A program made the position numbers and the translations under genes. Positions 18,004 through 28,746 of a stretch of DNA of 64,000 nucleotides are shown here, one piece after another. Each line of letters starts with the position of its first letter. The first letter of the stretch is position 1. The notes under the pieces are model-generated. The model saw nothing but the letters and a program-made list of their open reading frames with translations. It was not told the DNA's origin and did no database searches. The DNA comes from Lentisphaeria bacterium (GTDB lineage: Bacteria; Verrucomicrobiota; Lentisphaeria; JABSQK01; JAWLHB01), in contig JAWLHB010000002.1 in assembly GCA_041690595.1 (NCBI GenBank), positions 1 to 64,000 of the forward strand, written 5' to 3'.

Positions 18004-21000
18004 TCAACGCTCTCGCCGGCGGTAGAGCACGATGCGCTCCACATCCTTGACCGCATCGAAAAGCTCACGCAGCAGCGGCAGCACCTCGCTCCGCGCCGCC
18101 GGCAGATCGTCGATCGTCTCGATCGTGATGCTGGTCAGCGGCTGAAAGCGCCGGTTCAGCAGGTGAAGCAGCGGCCCCAGCACCTCCTCCGGCGCCGTTC
18201 CCCCAATCGGCGCGTGAAACGTAATCGCCGCACCGCTCCGCGCCACCGTCATCAGCAGTTCCGCCCCCCGATACACCAGCCAGTTTCCTGACACCCGCCG
18301 CGGCAGCACCCCACGCAAAGCCGGCAGCCGCAGCCCGCACAGACTCGCCGGATCCCGCGCATTCAGCCAGTACACCGGCTGATGCGACCGCTCCCGAAGG
18401 AAATGCCGCAGCCCGTCGTGCGACATGAACTGCAACCCCGGAATCCCCTCGAAGAAGCTCCCGCTGACAATCTCCCCCGCCAGCTCCATCAACCGCAGGG
18501 TACGGAAGAGGCTGCCCCACCGGAACAACGCCCCCTCCCGCTCGAGCAGCTCACGGAAGAGCACCCCATAGCGATCCAGCAGGATGCGCACCCGCTCGCG
18601 ATTGCGCTCGTCCGCCGCCAGCGCGTCATCCTCCGCGGGCGCGTTCGGCAGCAGATACCAGGCGCCGCTCCCCGGCAGGCTCTGCCGCCACTGGTCGAAG
18701 CCGCGCCGCCGGTGGCTCGGCCGATGCGCGCGCCGCTGGGGTTCGACGGGAACACTCGCTGTCGGCGTGGAAAACCGGCTCGCGATCCCCTGGCGCAGGA
18801 GCTGCGCGCTGTCGTTTGCCACATGCCCCTGCCAGACGCCGCGCCAAAGAAGCTCGGTCAACGCTCCCGGCGCCATGTCGCTCTCTTGCGCCAGGCGGCT
18901 GAAGGTATAGCGGCCACCGGCATCGGGAAAGAGCCGCGCCAACTCCTCCGGCAGACGGCGGCTTCGCTCCGCGATCAGCTCGACGTCGGCGGGATTGGCA
19001 AAGGTGATCAACTGCTTGCCCCGCCCCATCCAGAGCAGCCCCCCGGTCTGCAGCAGGGAGTCCAGCCAGGCGGGATCATACTCCTCGCAGCGGGCGGGCA
19101 GGTACTCCCCCTCCCAATCCGCCGGCGCCGTCACCCACCCAGTCAGGATCTCCAGACAGTCCGCCACATGGTCAATCCCGCTGCCCCGCGGCACGAGCCC
19201 CTGCCGTTCCGCCAGGAAGAGCGCCAGGTGTGTCAGCGGTTTCGCCTGCACTTCCGGCCGCGCCTCGGCCCGCGCCAGCCGCAGCAGGATCTCGAAGGAG
19301 TCGCTGTCGCAGCACAACGGCTCGTCACGGCCGATCACCAGCGGCCCCTCGATCATGCGCTCCGTGTCAACCAGATCCATCAGCGCGCCATCCAGCCGCT
19401 CCTTCGCCACGCCCAGCGTCTCGCCCAACCACTCCCGCGAGACCGGGCCGCAATAGGTCAGCCACTCCGCCAGCAGCGCGAGCAACCACTCGTCGTCTTC
19501 GCCCCACAAGGCCCGGCACAGCCGCGCTTCATCTTCCCGCGCGGCAATCAAGCTCCCCCGCCCCCCAGGCTTCTCCAGCCGAATCAGCTTCGGCTCGATG
19601 GCGGCGAGCAACTCGGGCGTCGCCTCCGCCAGGAGCGTTTCCCACTCCTCCGCCGGGACCGGTCCCCGTTCCTGCAGCCACCCCAGCAGATCCTCCGGCG
19701 TATCCGGCGCATACCCCGGTGCCAGCCGTTGACGCTTCGCCACGTAATCCGTCACGATCGAGGCCGGGACACGCGGCCGAAGTTCCGGCGTGAAGACCGC
19801 CTCCTGCAGCAGTTCCTCGCTCAGCCGGGTACCGCCGCCGGCGCGTGGTTGATCATCCTCGTACATATACGCGTTGATCTGCCGCCACGCCATCGTGCGG
19901 GCAAAGGGGCTGGGGGTCAGGCGCCGCACCTCCGACCAGGCGATCGCTCCCGTGCGCAACTCGTCCAGGCGCGCCCGCAGGGTCGGCAGGTCGAACTCAT
20001 CCCGCAGGCAGGTCCGCCAGGCCTCCAGGGTCAGCGGGAAGTCTTCGAGATCTCGCACGGAGGCGAGCAAGCGTTGCGCGCGCAGCCGTGAAACCCACAG
20101 CGGGAGCCGTTCCTTGAGCCGCTGCCGGGTGATCAGCAACGCCCGCCCCGCCGCCTCCCGGAACCGCGCCCCGAAATAGCCGGACCCTTCCAGGCTTTCC
20201 CGCAGCAGCGGCTCGATCCGCTCCGCCTCGACCAAGGCCATCACCTCCGCCCCTTCCACCTCCCGCTCGCAGATCAGGTAGATGCAATCGTCGCCGGCAA
20301 AGACCTCGATCGACTCCCCGAAATGCTCCTGCCAGGCCGCCTGCAGCGCCAGCGCATACGGATAATTCACCGTGCCGCCCCACAAGGTGTGAAGCACAAC
20401 CTGGTACGCCCCGGCCACGCCCCCGGGGCCGCTCCGCACATGCTCCACCAGCAGATGATGGCGATGCGGCAAAGCCGCCTGCGTCCGCTCCCGCTGGTGA
20501 TCCAGATACCCCAGCAGATGCCCGACCGTCCACTCATCCAGCCCCGTGCGAGCCCGCAGCTCCATCGCCAGTCGCGGATCCTCACGCCGCACCTCGATTT
20601 CTTCCAGGAGTTCCGCCAGCAACCGCGAGAAATGCGCATCCCGGTTGATGCTTTCGCCTCGCCAGAAGGGTGCTTCCGCCTCACCGGCCGAGGCGGGCCG
20701 CACCAGCACGTCGTTGTGGGTGATCTGCTCGATCCGCCACCGGCGATTCCCGAAGGAAAGCACCTCCCCCACCCGACTCTCCCACACGTACTCCTCGTCG
20801 AGTTCACCCAGGAGCGCCCCGCTCTCCTGATGGCGCAGATGGAAGTAGCCGCGGTCGGGAATGGTGCCCCCGCCGGAATAGAGCGCCAGCCGTGTCCCCT
20901 TGCGTGCCGTCACCGTCCCCGCCAGCGCATCGATCACGATCCGAGCCTGCAACTCGCGAAGGCGCCGCTGCGCGTATCGGCCCGCCAGCATGTTCAGCAC

Positions 21001-22356
21001 CAGATCGAACTGCCGCCGCGTCAGATGCCGGTAAGGCCAGGCCCGCCGCACCTCGTGAAAGAGGCTCTCGATTGGCCAAGGCTCCACCACCACCATCGCC
21101 GCGATGATCTGCGCCAGCACGTCCAGAGTACCGCTGATCGGCACAATCGGCTCGATATCTCCCGTCCGAATCGCGGCGGCAAGCGTCGCGCACGCCACCA
21201 GATCCTGCCCATGCGTGGCGATCAGCAGCCCCCGGCTCACCTCCCCCACCCGATGGCCGGAGCGCCCCGTCCGCTGCACTGCCGCGGCGATCCCCGATGG
21301 AGCCTGTACCATCACCACCTCGTCCAGCGTGCCGATGTCGATTCCCAACTCCAGGGAGTTCGTCGCCACGATCGCCTTCAGGCGCCCCGCCTTCATCCGC
21401 TGCTCCACCTCCATGCGCATCTCCCGCGACAGCGCCCCGTGATGCGCATAGGCGATCGGCTCATCACAGCCCTGGTTGAGCAGCTGCGTCAACTGCTCGC
21501 AAAGCCGGCGCGTCCGGGCGAAGATAAGCGTCGACCGATGCCGTGCCAGCCGCTCCCGCAGCTTGTCCACGATGGCGGGCCAGATCGAGCCCTCCGCGCT
21601 CAGCCGCTCCATCTCCTCGAAAGGCGCGATAACCGCGATCTCGTACCGCCGCGTCGACGGGGATTCGATGCAGGTCACCTCTCGCGGCACATAGCGCTCC
21701 GGCGCCTCCAGCCGCCTGCCCCCCACCCAGGCCGCCACCTCGTCCAGCGGCCGCAAGGTCGCCGACAAGGCCAGTCTCTGGAACTCCCCCGCCAGCGGCA
21801 CGAGACGTTCCACCGCGCTGATCAGGTGAATTCCCCGCTTCTCCCCCACGATCGCGTGCACCTCGTCCATGATCACCGTCCGCGGGGAGCTGAGCATGTC
21901 CCGCCCACCCGCGGACATCAGCAGCAGGTTCAGGCTCTCCGGGGTGGTGATCAGGATCTCCGGGGGATGACGAAACATGCGCCGGCGCTCCTCCTGGGGC
22001 GTATCCCCGCTGCGCGTCAGCACCCGGATCTCCGGCATCGGCTCACCTGCCGCGGCAAAGCGCGCGCGCAGCCCCGCCAGCGGGCTCAGCAAGTTGCGCT
22101 GGATGTCGTTGTTGAGCGCCTTGAGCGGCGACACATACAGCACGCTCGTCTCCCCCAGAGGCCAGACACCCGCGATCAACTGGTTGAGGGCCCACAGAAA
22201 GGCAGTCAGCGTCTTGCCGCTCCCCGTTGGAGCCGTCACCAGTACATGGTCGCCCGCGGCAATGGCGGGCCAGGCGCGAGCCTGCACCTCCGTCGGTCTC
22301 CCGATCGACTCGTCGAACCAGCGCGCCACAAGAGGATGAAAACCCGCGGGCAGCAT
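18004..22356 (-). CDS. lhr: Lhr family ATP-dependent helicase
   Basis: APTGSGKT, YVSPLKALNND, RSGDT, DEVH, LSAT, HHGALS, SLELGIDIG, QRTGRSGH, GGTIPDRG and C-terminal LLDRYGVLFRE. Confidence 0.95.
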   Translation of the reverse strand: MLPAGFHPLVARWFDESIGRPTEVQARAWPAIAAGDHVLVTAPTGSGKTLTAFLWALNQLIAGVWPLGETSVLYVSPLKALNNDIQRNLLSPLAGLRARFAAAGEPMPEIRVLTRSGDTPQEERRRMFRHPPEILITTPESLNLLLMSAGGRDMLSSPRTVIMDEVHAIVGEKRGIHLISAVERLVPLAGEFQRLALSATLRPLDEVAAWVGGRRLEAPERYVPREVTCIESPSTRRYEIAVIAPFEEMERLSAEGSIWPAIVDKLRERLARHRSTLIFARTRRLCEQLTQLLNQGCDEPIAYAHHGALSREMRMEVEQRMKAGRLKAIVATNSLELGIDIGTLDEVVMVQAPSGIAAAVQRTGRSGHRVGEVSRGLLIATHGQDLVACATLAAAIRTGDIEPIVPISGTLDVLAQIIAAMVVVEPWPIESLFHEVRRAWPYRHLTRRQFDLVLNMLAGRYAQRRLRELQARIVIDALAGTVTARKGTRLALYSGGGTIPDRGYFHLRHQESGALLGELDEEYVWESRVGEVLSFGNRRWRIEQITHNDVLVRPASAGEAEAPFWRGESINRDAHFSRLLAELLEEIEVRREDPRLAMELRARTGLDEWTVGHLLGYLDHQRERTQAALPHRHHLLVEHVRSGPGGVAGAYQVVLHTLWGGTVNYPYALALQAAWQEHFGESIEVFAGDDCIYLICEREVEGAEVMALVEAERIEPLLRESLEGSGYFGARFREAAGRALLITRQRLKERLPLWVSRLRAQRLLASVRDLEDFPLTLEAWRTCLRDEFDLPTLRARLDELRTGAIAWSEVRRLTPSPFARTMAWRQINAYMYEDDQPRAGGGTRLSEELLQEAVFTPELRPRVPASIVTDYVAKRQRLAPGYAPDTPEDLLGWLQERGPVPAEEWETLLAEATPELLAAIEPKLIRLEKPGGRGSLIAAREDEARLCRALWGEDDEWLLALLAEWLTYCGPVSREWLGETLGVAKERLDGALMDLVDTERMIEGPLVIGRDEPLCCDSDSFEILLRLARAEARPEVQAKPLTHLALFLAERQGLVPRGSGIDHVADCLEILTGWVTAPADWEGEYLPARCEEYDPAWLDSLLQTGGLLWMGRGKQLITFANPADVELIAERSRRLPEELARLFPDAGGRYTFSRLAQESDMAPGALTELLWRGVWQGHVANDSAQLLRQGIASRFSTPTASVPVEPQRRAHRPSHRRRGFDQWRQSLPGSGAWYLLPNAPAEDDALAADERNRERVRILLDRYGVLFRELLEREGALFRWGSLFRTLRLMELAGEIVSGSFFEGIPGLQFMSHDGLRHFLRERSHQPVYWLNARDPASLCGLRLPALRGVLPRRVSGNWLVYRGAELLMTVARSGAAITFHAPIGGTAPEEVLGPLLHLLNRRFQPLTSITIETIDDLPAARSEVLPLLRELFDAVKDVERIVLYRRRER

Positions 22357-22361
22357 GATTC

Positions 22362-22853
22362 TCACCCTTCCTGGGCTTCGCCATCTGGTGCCGGAAGCGA
22401 CGTGCAGGCCACCTCCACCGCGTCGGCGATGTAGGAAATGTACCCCGCCAGCGTGATCCCGTCCTCCAGCAGCAGCTCGTCGAGCTGCATGTGCGACTCC
22501 AGCTTCACGGAGGTGCGATTGTCCAGGCCATGTTCGGCGAGGTACTCGTCGATCGCGAAAAGCACCACGCTGTTGTCCCAGTCGAACATGTACATGCTGG
22601 CGATATCGTGCATGTTGTGCTCCGGGTGCAGCCTCTCCGCCGGTACGTTGGCCTGCGCCGCGATATGACGACGCACATGACAGCAAAGCCCACCGAGATC
22701 CCCCGTGCGCCCCAGCGCCGCCGCAAACCGTTCGTCATCCATCCGCTCCGTCGCATTCAGGAAGAGACGGCGATTGCGCGCCGCGATCAGGTGAAAGATC
22801 AGCAGCAGGAGCGGAAAGACGCCGATCACCAGGATCAGGATTATCGTTTTCAT
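22362..22853 (-). CDS. Hypothetical protein with N-terminal TM anchor
   Basis: GAGG RBS; fits tightly between the neighbouring minus-strand genes. Confidence 0.7.
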   Translation of the reverse strand: MKTIILILVIGVFPLLLLIFHLIAARNRRLFLNATERMDDERFAAALGRTGDLGGLCCHVRRHIAAQANVPAERLHPEHNMHDIASMYMFDWDNSVVLFAIDEYLAEHGLDNRTSVKLESHMQLDELLLEDGITLAGYISYIADAVEVACTSLPAPDGEAQEG

Positions 22854-22877
22854 CGCCGTACCTCGGTTGGGCCCGCC

Positions 22878-25800
22878 CTATTGCGGATAGAGCAACAGCT
22901 CGGGCATGTCCGCGCGCAGCTTAACGTAGAGCCACTCGCCATCCGTTTCGATGGTCGCTCCCTTGCCCGTGTCCACCGTCCACTCGCCAGGCAAACGAAA
23001 TCTGACTTGGGCGCCCACATGCTCGTTGCGCGGCCGGATCACTGGAAACTCGCCGCCAAGAATGAGGCTCACCCCCTGGTCGCAGGCCAGCGCAATCTCC
23101 CCGTACTGTACGGAACCCGCCGCGCCCAACGACAGCACCACACCGCCGCTCCGATCCTGTACACTCGCTGCCGTCCCCAGGAAGCGAAGACCCTCCGCCT
23201 CCACCGCCCGCTCCGTCGGCGACAGGAAGCTGTAGTCGGTGCCGAATTCCCCCTGCACCTTGATCACGTGGCCATCGGCCAGGGTCGTGAAGGTCGGCAC
23301 CGGCTCATCCGCGCGACGCGGGAAGATGGCCACGAAGTAGGCGCCATCACCCCCCATCTGCAGGTGAAAAAGGTCCATGTACTCCTCATACAGATGGATC
23401 GGGGTGTACTTGTAGTCCCGGCCCCACCGCAACGTGTGGCGCGGTGTCTCGCGCGGGCTCGCGACATAATACTCCACATCGACCCCGAACTGCCCAAGCG
23501 CCGTGAAACGGTCCCCCTCCAGCGCCCGCGGCGGCAGGATCTGCTTGCCCGGCTTGTCCGCCAGGAAGGCCTCCCGATCGCGCACCTCGTCCGGTGTGCC
23601 AATCTTGTCGGTGATCGTCCAGAACTGCCACATGGTCGGCTGGTCCCCGGTCACCGTGTCCCGCAGGACCAGGTAATTCGTCCCCCCAGGCAGATAGTCG
23701 CGGACAAAGAGAACCTGCCGCGTCCAATCCACCGGCCCCGTCGCCTCCCGCTCGACGGGCGGCCAGGCCGGGACCTCGTTCAGATGGTTGTGGCCACCGA
23801 AATGGTTGATCGTCTGCGCCGATTCGATGGTCAGCTTCGCCGACACGTAATCCTGGTGCGGCAGCGCGGAACTCTCCGTGACCCGCCGCTGCCCCCGGTG
23901 AAAGAAACGCGCCTGCCGCTCTTCGATGGTGCCGCTCCCGCGCGCCGGAAGCACCCGGCTCAACAGGATCTCCTCCCGCTCCGCATAGCCCCCCGCGAAC
24001 CGCGACGAGATGGGCACACCCTTCGCCCAGATGCAGGGAAAGTTCCCGCTCTCGCTCGGATAGCCGAAGCTGTACTCGATCATGAAGGCAATGTACCACT
24101 CATCCTCCGTGCCGATCCCGTGCCGCATCAGCGTGCCCGTCTCGGGAAAGAAGTCGAATCCCCACTCCGGCACCTCCGCCGGCAGAGTCTCGTCCGCGTA
24201 GACGTACTCCCAGCCGCCCATCTGCGTGTTGGCGATCTGCAGGCTCTTACCCGTCTGCAGCCAGCTCCACTGCTGGTGACGCGAATAGACAGGATCGAGA
24301 TCCCGCTGCGCCCGCGCCATGATGCCCGCCAGCCCGAACTGCCCACCCGCTCCCGCCCGGCCCAGAGGCGCCGTGCCGGCAAGGCCCGCCTTGCGCTGGC
24401 CGCCGCTGCGCGGATCCAGAGGCGTATAGTACTTCGCCAGCCACGTAAAGAGCAGCTTCAGCCGGGGGTCATCCAGGTAATCCGCAAAATCGCTCTTCTC
24501 GTGGAAACCCGCGTTGTGAGCGGCAATCACGAACGGCAGCAGCGCGCTCGCCGAAACGTGTGCATAATTGCACACACTTTCCGGCCACTCCCCCTTCGGG
24601 CCAACCGATTCGGCCAGCCACTTCTCCATCATCGCCATGGCCGGATGCGCCCACTCCCGCGCCTTCGGGTGATCGAAGAGCAGCGCCGCGATCATCCCCA
24701 GGTTCAGCGTATACGACACGCTCATGTTCTGGTTGCCCGAGCAGTAGCCGCGTTCCATCGACCAGGTGGAGGGATCCGCCATCAGGTAGCCGAGGTAGGC
24801 CATCTGGCCCTGCAGCTTCGGCACCTCCTCCGCCGGCACCAGGCCACTGTCGATCAAGGCATCGTAGAGTCCCACCAGGATTCCCACGTGCCGCATCCGA
24901 TCGAAATCTCCCAGAAGCCCAAGATGATTGCGCAACCGCTCCACCAGCAGCGCATCCGCCGCGAAAGCCGCCGTGCCATCCCGCAGCCAGAGCCCCAGTG
25001 CATCCGCATCCGAACCATGCGGCCCTGCCTGCATCCCCTTCCACCGGCTCGCCAGCCGCTGCTTCTCCTCGGCCGTCACCGGTCGGCTTGCCTGCGCCTG
25101 AGCCACCTCCGCCGCCGTCATGTAGACATGCGGATGCGCCGCCTCCGGCGCGCGCTCCCACGACAACTGCCAGTCCTTCAACTCGTTCAGCGCCCGCGAC
25201 TGCTTGGGCACCGCCTCCAGCAGCGCATCCACGAACCACTTGCGATGACCGCTCGCCAGATTGAAGTCCGCCGCAAAATCCCCCTCCTCCGTCTTCACCA
25301 GATAGACCCACTTCTGCCGCTGGCGCGGATTCCCCCACGAGGCCCATGTTCCCGGCGCCGCCGGCTCCACCCACACCCCCGGATCCCGCTGCATCAGGCG
25401 AAAGAGGCTCCCCGCCTCCGCCGTATTGAAATCCCACTTCGTGCGGGTCGTGCCATCCCACCAGTCTTCCCACGGCACCAGCGCCGCGCGCCGCCCCGCC
25501 GGCTCGTCCGCCAACATCACCTCCATCTCCTCGAAGACCCACTTGCCCCCCTCGTACACCTGCTTGCCCCACGGGTTGCGCTCGTTGTAGAACTCCGCCT
25601 TCGTGTGCATCCGCAACGCCTCGCGCCCCGGCGTCAACAGCAGCTGCCATCCATCCTCGACCGGCCGGTTCGCGGCGATCCGCTCCCCCTCGTTGAAGCC
25701 CGCGTAATCGACCAGCCGGGCCGCGGCGGCCGCATCGTATGGCGTCACCAGCATCCCCCACTCCAGACGGGAATCACCCGCTCCCAGCCGCACCTCCAGG

Positions 25801-26447
25801 CTCAACTGGCGACCATCCTCGTAATCGTACCGGCATTCCCACGCCGCCACCGCCGGGCCTTCCGCCGTCACCCGCGCCGTGTACCCGACGACCTTGCCAG
25901 GCCCCGTCAGCCGACTCCCGCCAAACCAGCGCCCGTCGCTCAGCCACAGCCCGGCCACCGGCCCCGACACCGCCGATGCCGCCATCCCCGTCTCATAACG
26001 CTGTTCCCCCTCGATCAGCCGCACGCCGATCGTCGAGGTGGCCAGTTCCACCATGCCGGCCTCGCGCCTCACCTGGAGATCGCCTGCCTCCGTCAGCGGC
26101 GGCGCATCCTTCTTACCGTAGGCCAGCATATACTCGCGCTTTTCCTGCGCCGAAAGATCCGTCACCCAGACCAACTGGCCGCTCTTCGCGCTTCCATCCG
26201 GCCAAAGCTCCAGCTTCATCAACTGCACCGGCACCCGACCATCCGGCCCCGTCAGCACCAGCGAACCCACCGCACAGGCGCCCTCCGCAAAGGCAACCGG
26301 ATACTCGACCACCTCCCGCCGCCACTCCTGTCCAAGCCAATCCCGAAGCTCGAAGCGCAGACTCTCCGCCCCCGCTGAGATCGTCATGCCCACCACCGCC
26401 ATTGCCACTCCGAAAGCCCTGAACATAAGCGTCGCTCCCCTTTTCAT
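22878..26447 (-). CDS. Large secreted protein, heparinase II/III-like polysaccharide lyase candidate
   Basis: Signal peptide; GNQNM, GEWPESVCNYAH, FFPETGTLMRH and WTRQVLFV resemble alpha/alpha-toroid plus beta-sandwich lyases. Confidence 0.6.
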   Translation of the reverse strand: MKRGATLMFRAFGVAMAVVGMTISAGAESLRFELRDWLGQEWRREVVEYPVAFAEGACAVGSLVLTGPDGRVPVQLMKLELWPDGSAKSGQLVWVTDLSAQEKREYMLAYGKKDAPPLTEAGDLQVRREAGMVELATSTIGVRLIEGEQRYETGMAASAVSGPVAGLWLSDGRWFGGSRLTGPGKVVGYTARVTAEGPAVAAWECRYDYEDGRQLSLEVRLGAGDSRLEWGMLVTPYDAAAAARLVDYAGFNEGERIAANRPVEDGWQLLLTPGREALRMHTKAEFYNERNPWGKQVYEGGKWVFEEMEVMLADEPAGRRAALVPWEDWWDGTTRTKWDFNTAEAGSLFRLMQRDPGVWVEPAAPGTWASWGNPRQRQKWVYLVKTEEGDFAADFNLASGHRKWFVDALLEAVPKQSRALNELKDWQLSWERAPEAAHPHVYMTAAEVAQAQASRPVTAEEKQRLASRWKGMQAGPHGSDADALGLWLRDGTAAFAADALLVERLRNHLGLLGDFDRMRHVGILVGLYDALIDSGLVPAEEVPKLQGQMAYLGYLMADPSTWSMERGYCSGNQNMSVSYTLNLGMIAALLFDHPKAREWAHPAMAMMEKWLAESVGPKGEWPESVCNYAHVSASALLPFVIAAHNAGFHEKSDFADYLDDPRLKLLFTWLAKYYTPLDPRSGGQRKAGLAGTAPLGRAGAGGQFGLAGIMARAQRDLDPVYSRHQQWSWLQTGKSLQIANTQMGGWEYVYADETLPAEVPEWGFDFFPETGTLMRHGIGTEDEWYIAFMIEYSFGYPSESGNFPCIWAKGVPISSRFAGGYAEREEILLSRVLPARGSGTIEERQARFFHRGQRRVTESSALPHQDYVSAKLTIESAQTINHFGGHNHLNEVPAWPPVEREATGPVDWTRQVLFVRDYLPGGTNYLVLRDTVTGDQPTMWQFWTITDKIGTPDEVRDREAFLADKPGKQILPPRALEGDRFTALGQFGVDVEYYVASPRETPRHTLRWGRDYKYTPIHLYEEYMDLFHLQMGGDGAYFVAIFPRRADEPVPTFTTLADGHVIKVQGEFGTDYSFLSPTERAVEAEGLRFLGTAASVQDRSGGVVLSLGAAGSVQYGEIALACDQGVSLILGGEFPVIRPRNEHVGAQVRFRLPGEWTVDTGKGATIETDGEWLYVKLRADMPELLLYPQ

Positions 26448-26537
26448 GATGATTCGACTGTGCGCTGGAAAAAGATAACTCACCCCCGCGCGGAATGCAC
26501 CCGCAACTTCCACATCCCTCCACCGCCTCTCCCCCTC

Positions 26538-26565
26538 TTGACATCGATCCGCGCCACCCTATTGT
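26538..26565 (+). promoter_or_regulatory. sigma70-type promoter for the GH28 gene
   Basis: TTGACA-N16-TATTGT. Confidence 0.55.
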
Positions 26566-26613
26566 CAGGTGCCTCCCCTGCATCCGCCCAACTTCCCATC
26601 AGGAGTACCCCTC

Positions 26614-27786
26614 GTGAGCGAACGCTTCGACATCCTCGAGTACGGCGCCTCCCCCGACGGCGAGACCCTCTGCACCCAGGCCATCCAGAGCGCCATCGAC
26701 GCCTGTCATCATACTGGTGGTGGCCAGGTCTTCTGCGGCGCGGGCACCTTCCTTACCGGCTCTCTCACCATCCGCGGCGGCGTCGAACTCCACCTCGCCG
26801 CCGGCTGTCGCCTGATCGCCAGTCCGCACCTGCACGACTATGCGCCCCTCACCGCCAATGGCTTTCACGGCCAGTTCGCTCCCGAAAAGTCGGCCCATGC
26901 CCTCCTGGTCGCCATCGACGCGGAAGATATCGCCATTACCGGCTCCGGCACCTTCGATGGCGCCGGTTTCGCCTTCTACACCGATGCGGATCCCTCCGGC
27001 AAGTTCAACAAACCCGATACCCCCCGTCCACGCCTCGTCATGTTCTTCCGCTGCCGCAAGGTACGTATCCAGGACGCCACCTTCGTCGATGCCCCATGCT
27101 GGACGATCTGGCTGATGCAGTGCCAGGATGTCCGCATCCATCGACTCACCATCACCGGAAACCGGCGCATGCGCAACGTCGACGGCATCGATCTCGACGC
27201 CTGCCGCGATGTTATCGTCAGCGACTGCCGAATCGATTCCGAAGACGATTGCCTGGTCCTCCGCGCTATCCAGAAGCTCTACGATACCCCCGCCGTCTGC
27301 GAGAACGTCGTCGTCACCAACTGCGTGCTCGACAGCGGCTGCCAGGCCGTCCGCGTCGGCTGTCCGGGTGACGGCGTCATCCGCAACTGCTCCTTTACCA
27401 ATCTGGTCATCCACAGCGCCAACAACGGCATCATCTGCGAGCACCCCCATCGCTACCTCCCGGCGGGCAACCCCGGCTCCGCCCACATCGCCAACATCCT
27501 CTTCTCCAACATCCTCATCGACTGCCGAAGAACCCCGATCAAGCTGCTGGTGGAAGAGGGTATCGCCCTGCCCAGCCTGGCCGCCTTCAGCTTCTCCGAT
27601 CTCCAGATTCGCAGCGGCGGCCCCTGCCTCGTCCAAGGCTGCTCCCAGACCATCATCCGCGATGTCAGCTTCAGCAATATCCGCATCGAAACCTCCGGCG
27701 ACGATGCCATCCTCTGCCGCCATTGCGACGGCGTCCATCTCTCCAATGTCACCCTCTCCAACCGCGCCACCACCTCGCCACCATGA
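26614..27786 (+). CDS. Glycoside hydrolase family 28 (polygalacturonase-like beta-helix)
   Basis: YGASPDG..CTQAIQSAID, GTFLTG, ITGSGTFDG, NVDGID and EDDC; AGGAG RBS before the GTG. Confidence 0.88.
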   Translation: MSERFDILEYGASPDGETLCTQAIQSAIDACHHTGGGQVFCGAGTFLTGSLTIRGGVELHLAAGCRLIASPHLHDYAPLTANGFHGQFAPEKSAHALLVAIDAEDIAITGSGTFDGAGFAFYTDADPSGKFNKPDTPRPRLVMFFRCRKVRIQDATFVDAPCWTIWLMQCQDVRIHRLTITGNRRMRNVDGIDLDACRDVIVSDCRIDSEDDCLVLRAIQKLYDTPAVCENVVVTNCVLDSGCQAVRVGCPGDGVIRNCSFTNLVIHSANNGIICEHPHRYLPAGNPGSAHIANILFSNILIDCRRTPIKLLVEEGIALPSLAAFSFSDLQIRSGGPCLVQGCSQTIIRDVSFSNIRIETSGDDAILCRHCDGVHLSNVTLSNRATTSPP

Positions 27787-27869
27787 AAAATCACGCCGGA
27801 TTCAGACGAGGAACCCACGATCAGCCTCAACTTTATTTTAGTAGAATTTTAGCCTCTCGAATATAGGGC

Positions 27870-27898
27870 TTGAGTTTCAGCTTATCCGCAAGTATAGT
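27870..27898 (+). promoter_or_regulatory. sigma70-type promoter
   Basis: TTGAGT-N17-TATAGT in an AT-rich gap upstream of 27940. Confidence 0.6.
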
Positions 27899-27939
27899 GA
27901 GCTCTTCAGAAGGCGCTCAACCCATCCACGGAGAATCCG

Positions 27940-28632
27940 ATGAAGCTGGCCCCCCGTTTCACCTTGATCGAGTTGTTGGTCGTCGTGGCTATCATAGCCG
28001 TTCTCGCTTCGATGTTGCTACCTGCCTTGAGCAAGGCCAGGGACACCGCGAAAGGCAGCCTCTGCCAATCCAAGCTGAAGCAGCACGCCATGGCCCAGTT
28101 CATGTACCGCGGTGATTTCGACCAGTGGATTCCGCCCATGAGCGACGGTTCGGGGGCTCCCCGCAATTCGGAGTTCCCTTACCGCCTCCTCGAGTACCTC
28201 GCCGTCGACAAGGAAAGCTACCACAACTACAATCCCGACGAGAACATGTTCTTCTGTCCCGGCGAGAACCTCCGCGACCACAGCGGCGGCAACGCCGTCT
28301 ACAAGTTCAGCTTCTGGATCGGGTGGGGATGGGGCGTCCGCTCCACCTACAACATGAACTCGCTCCTCGGCGTCAACCCGGCCCAGACCACCATCTTCAA
28401 GATGCGAAAGAACGTCAACAAGCCCGACATGACCGTCCTCTACATGGATGGCGCCTTCGGGGCCCGTACCGATTACTCCTACATGTACGGCAAGGCCCGC
28501 CATGGCGGCGAATCCAAGGTCAACCTCGCCTTCAACGACGGCCACGTCAGCTGGCAACTCTACGACGTCCTCAACACCACCTATCGCGGCGTTCCCGCCT
28601 CCGCCCTCCCCTTCTGGAATCCAGACAAATAG
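27940..28632 (+). CDS. Prepilin-type N-terminal domain protein with H-Xn-DG C-terminal motif (DUF1559-like)
   Basis: [49 protein letters not shown]. Confidence 0.9.
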   Translation: MKLAPRFTLIELLVVVAIIAVLASMLLPALSKARDTAKGSLCQSKLKQHAMAQFMYRGDFDQWIPPMSDGSGAPRNSEFPYRLLEYLAVDKESYHNYNPDENMFFCPGENLRDHSGGNAVYKFSFWIGWGWGVRSTYNMNSLLGVNPAQTTIFKMRKNVNKPDMTVLYMDGAFGARTDYSYMYGKARHGGESKVNLAFNDGHVSWQLYDVLNTTYRGVPASALPFWNPDK

Positions 28633-28746
28633 CGACTTCACCCGCGGAAGCGGCATCCTCCTGCCCCATCATCCCACTTGGCGCCGCACGCCTCCCGCAT
28701 TATCTTAGCCGGCATACGCACCACACCTCCGCATAAGGAAGTCGCC

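Noticed and set aside
22357..22686. N-terminal extension of Lhr
   Set aside because: It overlaps the 22362-22853 gene; Lhr similarity begins at MLPAGFHP (22356).
22491..26378. 1295-aa plus-strand ORF and other long antisense ORFs
   Set aside because: Shadow frames of real genes in high-GC DNA; Arg/Pro-rich with no motifs.
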